Shown: positions 13,061 to 26,330 of the stretch, one piece after another
Layout: each line of letters opens with the position of its first letter
Numbering within the stretch: position 1 is the first letter of the stretch
From: Camelus ferus
Lineage: Eukaryota
Direction: 5' to 3'
Length of the DNA: 64,000 bases
NCBI RefSeq assembly: GCF_009834535.1
Contig: NC_045707.1
Span: forward strand, 48,486,001 to 48,550,000
Notes under the pieces: model-generated
Database searches by the model: none
Told to the model about the DNA's origin: nothing
The model's input: only the letters and a program-made list of their open reading frames with translations
Position numbers and translations under genes: made by a program

Positions 13061-15044
13061 TTCCTCATTCAACCAAAAGCATCTTAAACCACTACCTCTG
13101 CAGAAATATTAATGAACATAATAATTCTAGACAACAGAAAAATTCCATCATAGCAGTAGGGAGATATTAACAGATAGTAGAGGATTCAGAAATTTGTGGT
13201 TAAATGTCATTGTCTATCAAATCATATAAGGAATTAGGATTTAATCATGACAGACTGAAATCCAGTTCATAGTTATTGTTTATTAAAATCAATTAGATAC
13301 TCTGTCCTTCTTGCCAAAAGCAGATAATTCAGATGATACAACACTTCTTTTAGGGTGACTTGTTGTATCAGCAGGAAGTCTTATAACATTAGATTTTAAA
13401 CACAGACTCTTTCCTGAGATAGCTGTGGAGTGAATTGCTTTCCAAAGGGTTTTACATAATTTTAATTTGCCTTTTTATTGCTATTAATGAACCATCTGCA
13501 CCTATGGTATTCTATGAAATTTTAAAAGATCATACTGAGCAAGTCTTGCAATTTAAAATGCTGAAACATGTAATTAAATAAGCCATGTCAAGTAGAATGA
13601 AAATTATATTGGTAAGTTCTAAAAATCAGTAAAAACAAAGAATGCCATATCTAGAGTAAATGTTCAAAAATTTAAGCTAGCAAAAACTAATTTGGGTCTG
13701 CTACCTAATTGTTAGCATGCCTTTTTCTGATTTACGCTCAATTTGTGAAGCATGAAGAAATAAAAAGAACGAAAATCTTTAATTCCAAGTCAATTAATTT
13801 TCCTTCTAATTGGATAAAAGATAGAAATCAGGAATAATTCAAATTATATGAACTAATCTAAATTATCAACTGATTATTAGTTCACTGCGGAGATTTGATG
13901 ACATTTTAGAGAGAATTTTATGGTACAGTTTAAATCTTAAGTGGGGAATGGTAATTCTTCTCATTATATGATAATTCTAGTTCACACACTTTTCTTTTTT
14001 AATTTTGGCATTTTTCCCCGTATTTAGGAACAGTTTTCAATGTTTATTCATTCATTCACATATAACATTCATTTACATTCCATTAGGCAAATTTAATCAA
14101 ATGGCTACCCTAGTTGCTGGCACTGATAGGAAACATAGTCTCTTCCCGGGTATCCCTCTACCTACTCTTGTGCCTTAAACATGCATGAACTGCTAAAGGA
14201 GATAAAAGCATCAACAGATACTGGGAGATTGTGGACAGAAGTCTGCCCCTTTGCATATCATTTTTCTGGACACACAGAACATATTCATCATCTCAGTGGA
14301 GTCACCCATGGCTTATGCATTTTCTACATCCAATTTGAAGTCCACAAGCTCTTACTAATGTGCCATCCTTTTCTTGTAATCTCTCATCTGTAACTAAGAG
14401 AAATTCTCTTCCTCACCCAATTCCATCATCTAATACACAAAAATGAAGTAAAAAATATTCTATTCATGGAGATAAAGATAGAAAACCTAGAGCTTTTAGT
14501 GGTCCATAACTGTTAGATCCTGATGTGAGGGACTCTGCAATAGCTCATTTCTTGCTTAGCTGTCCTTGCTTTTGCTCCTTGGCCATTACTCTCTTGGCCA
14601 TTTTCTTTCATAACATCTGGATCCCCCTGGAAGTCTTCCCTTAAATACTATACGTTGTGGCTAAAGCCAAAGTAAGTTTTGGAGGGTCTGCTTTCTTTGG
14701 AGGCTATATAATTTTCACACATTTGGGAACCTAAGGTCTTGCTTGTTAGCCAGGCTTGTGGCTTTTTTTAAGAGCCATGATAATTCCATCAAAAATTTAG
14801 TGAAGCTTCTATTTGCTTTCTAACAAAAATTATTCCACATAAAAATTATACTTCCTAAATAGTTCTTAGACCTGGAGATTCCTCACTTTTATTTGCTGGT
14901 TTCTGTTCTAAGGACTCTCTCTCCGAGACTATAGGTTTTGGTGAGAAGTTACTGTGATTTTATCTGATCTTTGTAACTGGGTAGAGCTCCCATTGTCTGT
15001 CTGTGAAATACAAATAGGAGGCTTTTGAGAAAGACTCTGAGTAG

Positions 15045-15405
15045 GTCTTAGACTGCTCAGGCTACCATAACAAAAATATCATAGATATTTTTAGGTGGCT
15101 TAAACAACAAACATCTATTTCTCACAGTTCTGGAAGGAGGGAAGTCCAAGGTCAAGGCGCCAGCAGATTTGATGTCTGGTGAGAGCTTCTTGGTACATAC
15201 ACAGCCTACCTCTCACTGAGTCATCACATGACAGAAGGAGGAAGGGAGCTCTCTGGGGCAGGGGGAAATGGGAGGGGTCTCTTTTTTCATTGTAGGGCTC
15301 TACTCTTATGATCTAATCATTCCCTGTTCACTCTTAATGCCATCACATTGAAGATTACGTTTCAACATATGAATTTAGGAGAGACACAAACATTCAGTCT
15401 ATAGC
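15045..15405 (-). mobile_element. MLT1A/MLT1B-type MaLR solo LTR
   Basis: ggcttaaacaacaaacatctatttctcacagttctgga...gtccaaggtcaaggcgccagcagattt...tttcaacatatgaattt...gacacaaacattcagtctatagca. Confidence 0.9.
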
Positions 15406-15844
15406 AAAGTCTTATCTTCTGCTAACTGGGACATACAAGCAGGGGATTTCCCTTTTCCGAGAGGTTCTAATACGAGGTCAAGGAAGTGTTTAGACTTCTC
15501 ACAGAGACTCCCTTAGCCAGATCTATTCCTTTTTATCTCTACTCTAACACTGGCAATCCTTACTCTAGCTTTTCTCTCTTGTATTTGGCTATAAGTATGA
15601 AAAGGCAGCTGAGAGACAAATATTTAGCCTTTTCCCAATCTCCCACATTGGAAACAAATTTGTAGGTGTAAGCGTCTTTCCTTTACAATTTATAGTTTTA
15701 CTAAATACATTGCCATGCCGTAATAAAGGTCATTAGCTTTCCCACCTGAAATATTTATGTAGCTGTAGTCTACAACTCAACAGCTAAAACAATGCCATAT
15801 ATTTGTTTTTTTTACAGCAGCACACTTCTTATGCCACCAAGTTC

Positions 15845-16273
15845 TTTATTAGCTAAGGCATTGACTGAAGATTTATTACAAAGAAACCTTAAAATACAAG
15901 GTCTTGAGTTAGATAGAAAAGCATTTCTCTCTTGTGATAAATGTGTGGTTCCCAAGAACTCTATTCAGTAGGCTATATCATCGTCAATATGTGGCTTCTA
16001 TCTTTGGGTCTAAGATATGCTTTGCTGCTGTTCCTGGCCAAGAATAAGAGAAACAAGAATATATTGGGACAGTAGCTTTCTTCCAGGAAATAATCTAGAA
16101 GTTGCACATATTTTTGCAGTTTCCCACTGGTCCAGACATAGTCACTGACTACAAGCGAGAATAGGAAATACAATCTCTAGCTAAATGGCCATGTGACCTG
16201 GTACCAAATTAAATTTAGAAAAACTTAGAAAAAAGGAGAATAGATACTAGGAAACACAGCTTCTCTTCCACCA
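15845..16273 (-). mobile_element. Old MLT1 (J/K-like) LTR, probably with MLT1-internal remnants to its left
   Basis: gaagttgcacat...ttcccactggtccagacatagtcac...gagaatagatactagg; preceded by cagcacacttcttatgccaccaagttct, which resembles an MLT1-int terminus. Confidence 0.6.
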
Positions 16274-19200
16274 TTTTTTTAAGAGAAAAGAAACATAATG
16301 AAGATCTTCTTAAGACCTAAATATATGGGCTAATAATATGCCAATATCCTAACCAAATCTAGTAAGTATATTAATAATCTCCATTAATATAACTCATTTC
16401 TAACGTGGAAAAAACTTTCTCTTATTAATGACGAAGGACTTCATATTCCTATCCATTTTTAAAATGAATACTAAGATTGATTCTTCATCAACACTTTTTT
16501 TTAGTTTTATAGCTTGAACTTTTATTGGTCTACAGATACAAAGTATTCGCCAATATTAAGAGCTTAGGCTTTTTTTATCTGTCCAATTATTTCCAGACAC
16601 AGGAATTTCCAAACACATAAAGAATTTTTAAAACATGTATATTATTTGATTACTAGAGAAACGACTTATTGAACAACTACTAAAGTAGCTAATGATTCCT
16701 ATTCTCATTAATCCTCCTTTCTAAACTTAATCCAATCATGATATGTATTACTTCATTTAGAATGCTTCTTGTCAATTCATTTTCATTTCTAGGTTTAGTC
16801 AAAAGCTCTTAGTCATCTGAGCTCAAATTTCTATCTCTATGCATCACATTTCCTGAGGACTGTTTCTCTATCATGAACAAACATAATTAGCCTAGTAAAT
16901 AAATGATACTTGTAGACTAATTCTTTCACTTATTCTCTTAGGTTTTTGTATGACTCTTAACCACACTTCTAAAGCTGCATTCTGCAGAGTCCTGTGATTC
17001 TGCAAAAATGCCAACGCCAGAAAGAGACAAGGGATTAGATTTTCCTGGACTCTGGGCTCTCCCAATTTATTTCAGAGATAAAAGCTCAATACTTACCTTT
17101 GTTATTTATTGGAGCTCTGCTTAAGATTTTCTTTGAGAAAAAGTTCTACTGCTTAAAATAAATTTAAAAATCAGAATCTCTGAAGTTCTGGGCCATTATT
17201 TTCAACTTCCTACAATTATCCCCATCTCATGAAAAAACCTAGAAGGAAATAAAAAAGCCGAATGGAGCTTCCTCTGCTAAGGGCTCCAACCGTTCTGTTA
17301 GTTCCCTCCAAACAAAAATACAAAGCTAATTTTCCACTTTATTCTTTGAGCATGAAATATAAAAACAAGTGAGTAATATCCCACATCCCTCTTTCTGAAA
17401 GCTTTATGTGTAGATAAGCCATTATTACTTGATCAGATAGGTAAAAGAATACTGGAGATAGGGTAGTATTTTTATTGGCGTGACAACTACTGACGAATGT
17501 CTAATTGGAATAGAAAAGTCTCACTAATTACAATGGAATACTTACGGCCACTAAGTAATTTCCTAGGTCCTCTGTTGAGTTGGTTATCTTGACTTATTTC
17601 CTATTTAGAATTTCCTAAAGACATTGTTGAAATATTATAATTCCCCATATAAACAAGAAGAAGTTTATATTTTACTAACCTTGAAATATCAATTTAATGC
17701 ACTCCATTGAGGAGTTTCTTATGGAAATGTTAGCATTTTGATCTTTTATTTTAGTATATCATTGTAATGAATAAAGAGCTAAAGGCAGATTGGTGCCTTA
17801 TTGAGTTCTGTCTTGAGAGCAAATTCTGAAAAGAAACTGAGTATTGCACTCACTTTTGGTCTACATCATGCCTCTCCAATAAGCATGCATTATAAAATTT
17901 TCTTTTTGGCTCATACTTATTGGTCAAGAAGGGAGGTGTTAAGGAAAAAAAGCGTGGCCTTTTGAAGTTTTACTTTAAAAAGGGAGTCTATTTAAATAGT
18001 ATTTTCTTTAGTACTTATTCTGTGGGTGGAGGAAATGTGAGAGTAGAGTTTTAGGTGGAGAGGCAGGACCTTGCTGTCAAGTTCTCAGATTTATTAATAA
18101 AGGAACCTCAATTTATTCATCTCTAAAGTATTGGGATTAGACTAGTCCAAATCATTTCCACATATAATTTCACTGGGAAAGGCTATCACAATTAGTCAGA
18201 ACTTTACAGCCAGTTCTCAAATGAATGTATTTAAATCTGATTTTTAAAAAGTTATTAAAGTATAATATTGGGAAAAAATCTGAGAATCTTAAGGAAATTC
18301 ATCTTTGACATATACTGAGCATTTAAAATTTCAGTTATGTTAATCTTTAAATAGAAAAAAAATCATTATTTATACTTAACTAAATGCCCAGAATTCCATC
18401 AAAGGAAAGTAAACTTCCTACAGCTTTCCTTTCTAAGCTATTGTTTTTGAGAAGAACCTAGTGAAAGTTATAGTTGGTTGAGATGGGTCGTATTTGCTCT
18501 ATTAAAGGAGAACGTGAGACTTAATTTACTTATTCATAATGCTATTTGTGCCAAATTATAGTTTTTAAGTAATGCATAATGATTTTAAATCTGTAATAGT
18601 CATTTTCTGTTTTAGAATGTGTTTTGCTGATTAAATAAACCTAAATTTGTCTTTTAAACTTCAGAGGAGGGTTATTTAGCATTGTTCAATTATAGTTTTT
18701 ATAGCTGTTCACATTAAAAGGATATATTTACAAACGAGACAAATGCATCTCTCCATAACACTCTGAAAAGCAGGCATGTGGCTTTTCTTTCCTGGGACAC
18801 AGTTTTGAAAAGGCTTACAGCATTTGTTTTAATTTTAATTCCTGGGGCCTTTAAAAATAACGTTCTGGAGTACTTGGAGAAGGATGTCAACTATAACAAT
18901 AAGTTTCCTTGGAATTATCCCAGTGTTGCTTGCTATTTAGTATTAATTAAAATAGTGGACTTAGACCTAGTGGCTCTTTAATGTGCTATATATTCAATTA
19001 CTCAGTACAAACAAAAAACATCGGAACTGATTTTTCAACAACAACAAGTCAGCAAACAGGAATTTTGCTATGATTTTTCCAAAATGATAAATACAGCTTT
19101 GAATTGCTACCTGAAATGAGCCCCACTGTGTATGGGAAAAATAGGCAGATTTCTTCAAAGCTATCTCTGACAAATGGAATCAAATCTTTCCCTTTGCCGT

Positions 19201-19689
19201 CAATCTTGTGTTTCAAATCTCTTATTTGAATGTAATAGCTTAGAATTTATCTGTATTTCTATCATAAATTTGTGGGCATAAATAAACAAATATAAACAAT
19301 ATCTGCATATAATTTTATATTAAGGGCTGTCTGGATTTATAGAGTTAAAATGCAATGGGTTTGAGTAATTACTGATTTAAGTCTAAATATATTTTACTTT
19401 TATTTGTGTGTATAAAACAGAAGAAAATGCAATGTGAGCCTGCCTCTCTTCATTCAAGAATATTACTTAGTTCAGAATCCTTTCTATTATATATGTAAAC
19501 TCAGTGACACATTCCATGTTCTCTAACTACAGTGTGAGGAATGTCTTAGGGAAGCACAGGTTAGCCAATTTTACTTTATAGGTGGGTCTTTGTCAGTTCA
19601 GTTTTTCTCTAAAGGTATACACCAGTATGATTATAGTATGTCTGACACCAGCACAAATAAAACTTAAACGCTATGGAAAATCCTGATAA

Positions 19690-19850
19690 GGCAGTGCTGT
19701 AGGATATTAGTACAAAGAATAAAGGCTTCTAATTTTGCCTCTTATTCACATGTTTATATAGGCAAATCACATAGTCTTCAAGAGCTTCAGTTTCTTGATC
19801 TGTAGGTTATTTATTATGCAGGTTAAAAGAGATAATGTATGTAAGATATT
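19690..19850 (+). mobile_element. MIR fragment
   Basis: ggcaaatcacatagtcttcaagagcttcagtttcttgatctgta...aaagagataatgtatgtaa. Confidence 0.65.
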
Positions 19851-20229
19851 TCTCTCAAACTAGAAACTCAGGAGACATTCTCTTAGAGCCACTCTGCCCA
19901 GTCCATTAGCTCTACCAAGATAATAATACTTACATCTAAATTGTTATGAGATGACTCAGAAAGAAAATAATCATCACACTTCCTATAGCATCATTCCTTC
20001 TAGAAGTTGTCCAAACTGAGGCATATGCAAAGCACTCGAGCATGGTGGGAATGGCATAAAGCAATGCCACTGAATGTGGTTGTGAGCAGTTAAAGCCACC
20101 TGTGGGTGTGCACTTACAGTGGATGTTTGTTTCCTCAGAATCACCCTAGTGAGGTGCTGAGGTCTCCATTCTAACCTATAAGGGCACCACTTCCCAAGAA
20201 CTTATCAATTTTTAAAGATGATTCATTTT

Positions 20230-20760
20230 TGTTAAAAATACAATATATAGTCCCTAAATTTTTGAAATAAAAATAGATACGAATAAAGAAGAAAATAAAC
20301 TTTATTAGAGATGAGCACTATTAATATTTTGGAATTTTTTTCTATTTACTCTATGAGTATATGTGCACATATAATTGAGTTTCTACTGTAGGTACTTCTA
20401 TTGACTTCATCATACCATCAAACATTTTAGAAAATATAATTTTCAATTTCTATATAATTATCTATGATAAGAAGCCAGCATTATTTTTAGCCATTATCCT
20501 ATTGTGGGACGCAGAATTATTTCTAATTTTTTTTAGATTTGCTTTGATTAATTTTATTCTAAGAGATTTCTAGAAATTCAACTATGTGGTCAAAATTTTT
20601 CAATATTTTAAGAAAACTGGCAAATATTTTTAAATGTGTATATATAGTAAAGCAACATATTCTTATTGACATTGAAGCAATTCATATTGTCACTGAGAGT
20701 ACTTAAAATGTTCATCTTACTATTTCCTTACCAGAGACAATTATTTTCATTTTATGCATA
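20230..20760 (-). mobile_element. Old L1ME-like 3' fragment
   Basis: ttatttttagccattatcctattgtgggac...atttctagaaattcaactatgtggtcaaa: antisense L1M motifs. Confidence 0.6.
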
Positions 20761-21309
20761 AACATACTCACACACATACACACACACTCCCACATACACA
20801 TGCTTATAAGGAAAATTTTGGTGGCTTATTTATTCAAGTTACTATAACTTGAATATTTATAACTCCTAATATTTAGCTTTACCAACATAATTGATCTTTC
20901 CTATCAATAAATAAAGCCTCTTACCATCCTTCATTTTGAAATACATTCTAGAGTTTATAACTAATATTCGTTTAAAGCTATGCTTTAACATATCACTGGA
21001 TGCCTACGGTTATCAACATGGTGAGTTGCATTCCTAGATGAGTTCTAATGTAAATTTTACTAGTACTAGAATTTTCTTGTCAAATTAAGCAAAATAGAAA
21101 CTGGAATTAAATTTCTATGTAAATTAATATAATATGAACTAAAGTTTTGGAATATTGACAGTGAAAATATTCTCATTCATTGTAAAACAGAGCCCCTTAA
21201 TAATAAAGAATTCAAGGGAAAAGACTAATACATTCTTACAGGCTAATTATTTTAAATGTTTATATATTATCAGAAGAGTCTTTATTTTGGAGACCTAATT
21301 CAGTCTTAG

Positions 21310-21520
21310 AGTGGAAATGAGACAAGTTCATTGGGATTCGAACTGTGGTTTAGTCACTCACTGTCTTTGTAACCATCATCAAGTTACTTAATTTCTAAAG
21401 TCCTCCAATTTCTCATCCTTGAAATGAGTAAGAAAATATCTACTTCCCAGAGCTATTTGAAGGGTAAGATTAAAAAAAAAATCCATGCATACATTTCTCA
21501 GACATAATGAGTGTTCTAAA
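21310..21520 (+). mobile_element. MIR SINE
   Basis: tcactcactgtctttgtaacc...caagttacttaatttctaaag...tttctcatccttgaaatgag. Confidence 0.7.
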
Positions 21521-23929
21521 TTGTGATTTTGTATGTGAGACAATTTTTATGAGGTAACAAGAGCATCGCTTTTCATGGTAAAACATTGAGAAAGACTTTT
21601 TTAAGATAAATTATGTCTACTATGCCATAGACTAAAAATTTTAGAAATATTTGTTCTTCAGAAATCCTAATTCCTGAATCATTCTTAAAAATAGATTAAT
21701 TTTGCCTGTTTGATGTTCAAAACCCTTAATTCCTGTTCTGTTTAAACTATTTCCTTGGTCTCTGAAGACTCCAGTACTTATCCAGGTTCCAACTAGATTT
21801 AGGAAGTACAATACGAAACATACGAATAAAATTTTTTAAGTGTCAACACCAGAAAGGCAACTTCTTCCCTGACAAAATGTAGAACCTCAATTACTTCTGC
21901 TTTCAAAAGCCTTAAAAAAAAAAAAAAAAAAAACTTTTTAGATTGTATTTGGAGGCTTAGCATTTTTCAAACTTTGTATATGGACACAAAACTTTAAATT
22001 GTTCCCTTTGCTAAGATATCATGGAGAAAAGATACTTAAAAAATGAAAAAGACACTTCATGTAGAGTTCCTGAGGAATGTTATGATTCTCCCATCACATG
22101 TTTATGACCACTTGTTCTTTCTTCTTTCTTATAATCTTGTAACACAAATGCAATCTTGCTATTTTCACTGTTCCTTTGGGGTTCTCCTATTAACATTCAG
22201 GTCTACAAACTTTCCTGAGTGGAACTCTGGTTCCTAGGAAATCCATGTTGAGAATATTTTTTGTGAACACCAATTAAAATATGAGAAAGAACAGACTGAG
22301 TAAAAGAAGCTTAAATTGCAGCTGGAGGGAATTAGATGAGACAAAGAAAACGTTTTTAATGTTAAGTTTGGTTAGCCTTTTAAATAAGTTTTAAAGGATG
22401 CGTCACTTTTTTAAACAGTATTCAGCAAATCTTAGGAAAATGGCCTAGATATTCCACATTTTCATCAAGAAATAATAAATATTAATGAGTGAATGCCCCA
22501 ATTACTTTTCCATTTATTCAAAGCCCAGTTTAATTTGCACCCAGTTAACTTGAATGCTATTACAAATTGTCATTGCATCATTACTGGGAGCAATAAGGTG
22601 TCTGGAACAGTAACAATATGGTGTAAATAAACCCTGCTCATTCTACCTCAGATGGTTATAAGTGATCTTGTATGATCAATTCTACCCTACCATAGACAAT
22701 TTTCTATGGTAGCTGTATCTTGAAGGCTCTTTTTCTCAGCAAATTACATATCTACCACTCAGTATACTATGTAGTATCATTTTGTATACCAAAAAGTTCT
22801 AAATAGGTAAACAATTCAGTATACTAGATATCTATAAGTGAAAATATTCTCAGATTTAAAAAAAAAAGACTAAAATAATTTCAGGTTCAGTGGATGAAGA
22901 AGGAAGATCAATGATCAGAAAAATGACTCATGAGGTCAGATCCCGGGAAGTCTATTTACTTCGTATGGAATTGGCCAAGCAAGTAGCTCAGAAATAAATC
23001 TGTAAGTAATACAAAGTTATAGATGCATTTCTGTGGTGCTGAACAGGCCAGATACTTAAAAAACAAAGTATACATAACATAGTGGAGCATGATTTTACAT
23101 TCTCAACATGTCCTCATATAAGAACTACAGTATTCTGACTTATAGGTTGCTAATTTCTCTCTCGAGTTGTGAAACCTCTTTTACAGATAACAATCAATAG
23201 AAATGTTTTCTGCATGCTAACATGTATAGGTTAATATAGAAAACTGTCATTATTTGACTACTTTAGATTTTCAAATTGACATTTAATATGCATATACCTA
23301 ATCAAGCAAGTCTTGACAAGGTCATTATACTAGTTTCCTGGGACCGCTGTAACAAAGTACTCCCGAAACAGGAGTAGGAGACAAAATGTGAAGAGACATA
23401 TCTGTTCATACTAATTTGAGTACTTTAAAAATATCGTATATGAAAAAAAAAGTTCTCATTACAAATGTCATTACTGTCAGAAACATTTTGTAATTACTTG
23501 GAACATTCCAGAATAAGCTTAGAACTTTAAATTGTTATGATCTTTGATTTTTGGAATACTTCGATTATGAAAAACAGAAACCTTGGGAACTGCTTAAGGG
23601 ATCACCTGCTAGGCAGTTGTTATTTAGCATGTGCCCTGGATGGTAAAAGGGCCAATGGCAAGTCTTCAGCTGGGCAGTGGCTTCTCCATCAAAAAAGCAG
23701 GGTGAATAATATGTAGAAATACCCCCTCGACGATTTTCTGTGCAGAGTACTAGGAGGAAACTTCAGGATATATAGTACACATTAGTTAATGTATTGGTTC
23801 ACTGAAGACATTATACTTACGTCTCAAATCGAAGGAACTACCAGAAAAATTATTAATTTTTAATACATTCTGTCTGATGCTAAAGTATTTTAGAAAAAAA
23901 AAAATGCTACCTCCAAAAGATTTATGCAG

Positions 23930-24100
23930 GCCCATGTAGTGCATTAGGAGAGCCAGACTGTGTCTGAAGCCAGGATTTTTATTCCTGACCCTGCCCCTAA
24001 TTAGCTATGTGATGTTGTGTCAGTTGAGTTCTCTGTGACTCATTCAAAAATTGGTGGACATTAGACTTTATGATTATCAAGGTTCCTTCCAGCTATAAAA
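23930..24100 (+). mobile_element. MIR (MIR3/MIRc-like) fragment
   Basis: ctgcccctaattagctatgtgatgttg...aaggttccttccagctataaaattct. Confidence 0.65.
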
Positions 24101-25409
24101 TTCTTTCAAATTCTTTCCTTATTTCATGGTCTTACGTATGTACTTAGTATTACCGGCCAACTTAAACAACAGAGAAAAATCACCTTTCCCCAATTTTTGT
24201 CTGAAGCATTACCTGGATCAGTGGTTCATAGGCAGTGCTCTATAAATAGCCAGGGATTCTCTTTGGACCTCAGGGTTTGCAGAATTTGGTAGAAGGAAGT
24301 TCTGAGCAGAAAGCTTTTCCAGACTTTTCCTCTTGCTTCTCAGACAGCTTCTGTTTCTTTCTGCCTAACATATTGGGCTCTTCATAAAATATTATTTGAA
24401 CAAAGCATTTTTTATTTTTAAAAATATGAAAACTGCTGATCAGAGCTACCTGACAGGAACAGATCAACCTTAGCAATGGAATAATTCTATACTCAATGTC
24501 TTTCTTACATGACTGAATTATAAACTTTTGATTTTATGACAAGATCGAAGGTAGGTAAATTTGGTACGTTTTAGGAAATTTGATAATATTAACTCATCTT
24601 GTTTTATAGGTCACACCAACTTCCTTAAACAGTTTACCATGGAAATAATCAAACTAGTTGGATGAAATAAAATTAGGTCACTTTATATGTGTAAAAAAAT
24701 AGGTCCCAAAATGCTGAAATCCTAAAATCTTTGTTCAATCTATTGTTAACATATATATTCTTGAAAGATTAAACTTTATCTCAATATTCTCTGTTCAAGG
24801 TTCTGCTCTTTTTTTATTGTACTATGATGACCTCATAGTTACTCATCACAGTTCTATATTTTACTTTGCTGCACAGAATTACCTGCTGAAGAAGAATACT
24901 GAAATTAAAAACCAAACATAGTTCTACAGTTGTGCACTCTGGTAAGGACCGTATTGGAACATGTATCATAGGCTTAAGGATTCTTGAGTTCCTCCTGTCC
25001 TTTGCCCTGTCCCTATGTGGTACAGACAGTAGCCTATCACCCATCCTGATTACAAGTACATGAATGACGGAACAGAAAGAGAATGACCTAGGCAGGCCTA
25101 CCTTAAGGAGGCAGGCTCTGCTCCAACCTGCTTATCACACTGACAGGCAAAGTAACACAAGGGGAAGGCTAGGTCTGGCTTGAGGACCATACTAATCCAA
25201 ACCTGGGTATAGAGCAGAAAATGTCACAGAAGTGGTCTTGAGTGGGCTCAGGGGCTGACCATGACCCCGATCAATGAGCTGGCCAGCTTCTCTCAGAGGC
25301 AGCGTAGAGGAGCTGACTGCCAGAGAAAAAGGTAGAGTCTACCAATTTTCACAGAACTGCTTTGTGCTATTTAAAATATGTCTCAGGAATTGGAGTAAGG
25401 CACCTCCTT

Positions 25410-25710
25410 AAACTTCCAGTTATAAGATAAGTACATACTAGAGCTGTAATGACCAACACGACGACTATAATTAACACTGATGTATGTCATATAGGAAAGT
25501 TTTTAAGAAAGTAGATTCTAAGAGTTCTCATCACAAGAAAATACTTTCTTTTTTTGCTTTTTCTTTTCATTGTGTCTCTATAAGATTATGGATGCTAACT
25601 AAACATACTGCAATAATAATTTCATAATACATGTAAGTCAAACTATCATGCTGTACACCTTAAACTTATATTGTGATGTATGTCAATTATATTTCAGTAA
25701 AACTGAAAAA
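25410..25710 (+). mobile_element. 5'-truncated LINE-1 3' UTR (same family as 47322-47616)
   Basis: aacttccagttataagataag...aagagttctcatcacaag...tgtacaccttaaacttat...tgtcaattatatttcagtaaaactgaaaaa. Confidence 0.9.
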
Positions 25711-25769
25711 TATACATCTCACATATGTTCACATGGCTCATTCATCCAATCATCTACACAAATGCTCAG

Positions 25770-25995
25770 CACTGGGCAAGGCCGTGGACTTTGATGTGAG
25801 TTTGAATCTTGGCCTTGTGATTCATTAGTTAAATCACTTAATCTCTCTAAGCTTTATTTTGCTTACTTATAAAATGCGTGTAAGTCATGCAATTCAAGTA
25901 ATTCTTAAGCGGTTTAAATCATGCTATAAGGTTTAAAACATCTAGCTCAGTTCTTGGCACGTAGAAGACACCTAATATGCGGCAGCTGTTATTGT
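25770..25995 (+). mobile_element. MIR SINE
   Basis: gagtttgaatcttggcc...aaatcacttaatctctctaagc...cttggcacgtagaagacacctaata. Confidence 0.8.
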
Positions 25996-26057
25996 AATGT
26001 ATAGAAAGTTTCATCTGAAAATCCAAATCTCAACACAGTATTTACCCATTCTCCAAA

Positions 26058-26330
26058 GAGCTGTTTCCCAAAATACGTTCTACATAATACTAATTCTGGA
26101 AGACAAAAGGGATGAGGTTAAATAAACTTGGGAAAGTACTGAATCAAATTTCCCCCTTCTGGAGATCTCCCTTAGCCCATTAGAGGCAGAAGTTTTGAGA
26201 TCAGGGGTTAACTTTGTTTAATGCAGAATTTTCCAAACTTATTTGAACACAAAACCCCTTATAAGAATAACTTCTGTTGCTTTTCTTACTTTTCTTGTGT
26301 TCTGCCGAACATGTTTTAGAAAATACTGCC
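26058..26330. mobile_element. Old hAT-Charlie-type non-autonomous DNA transposon
   Basis: Termini gctgtttcccaaaat ... gttttagaaaatactg form degenerate TIRs; internal tttccaaacttatttgaacacaaaacccc. Confidence 0.5.
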
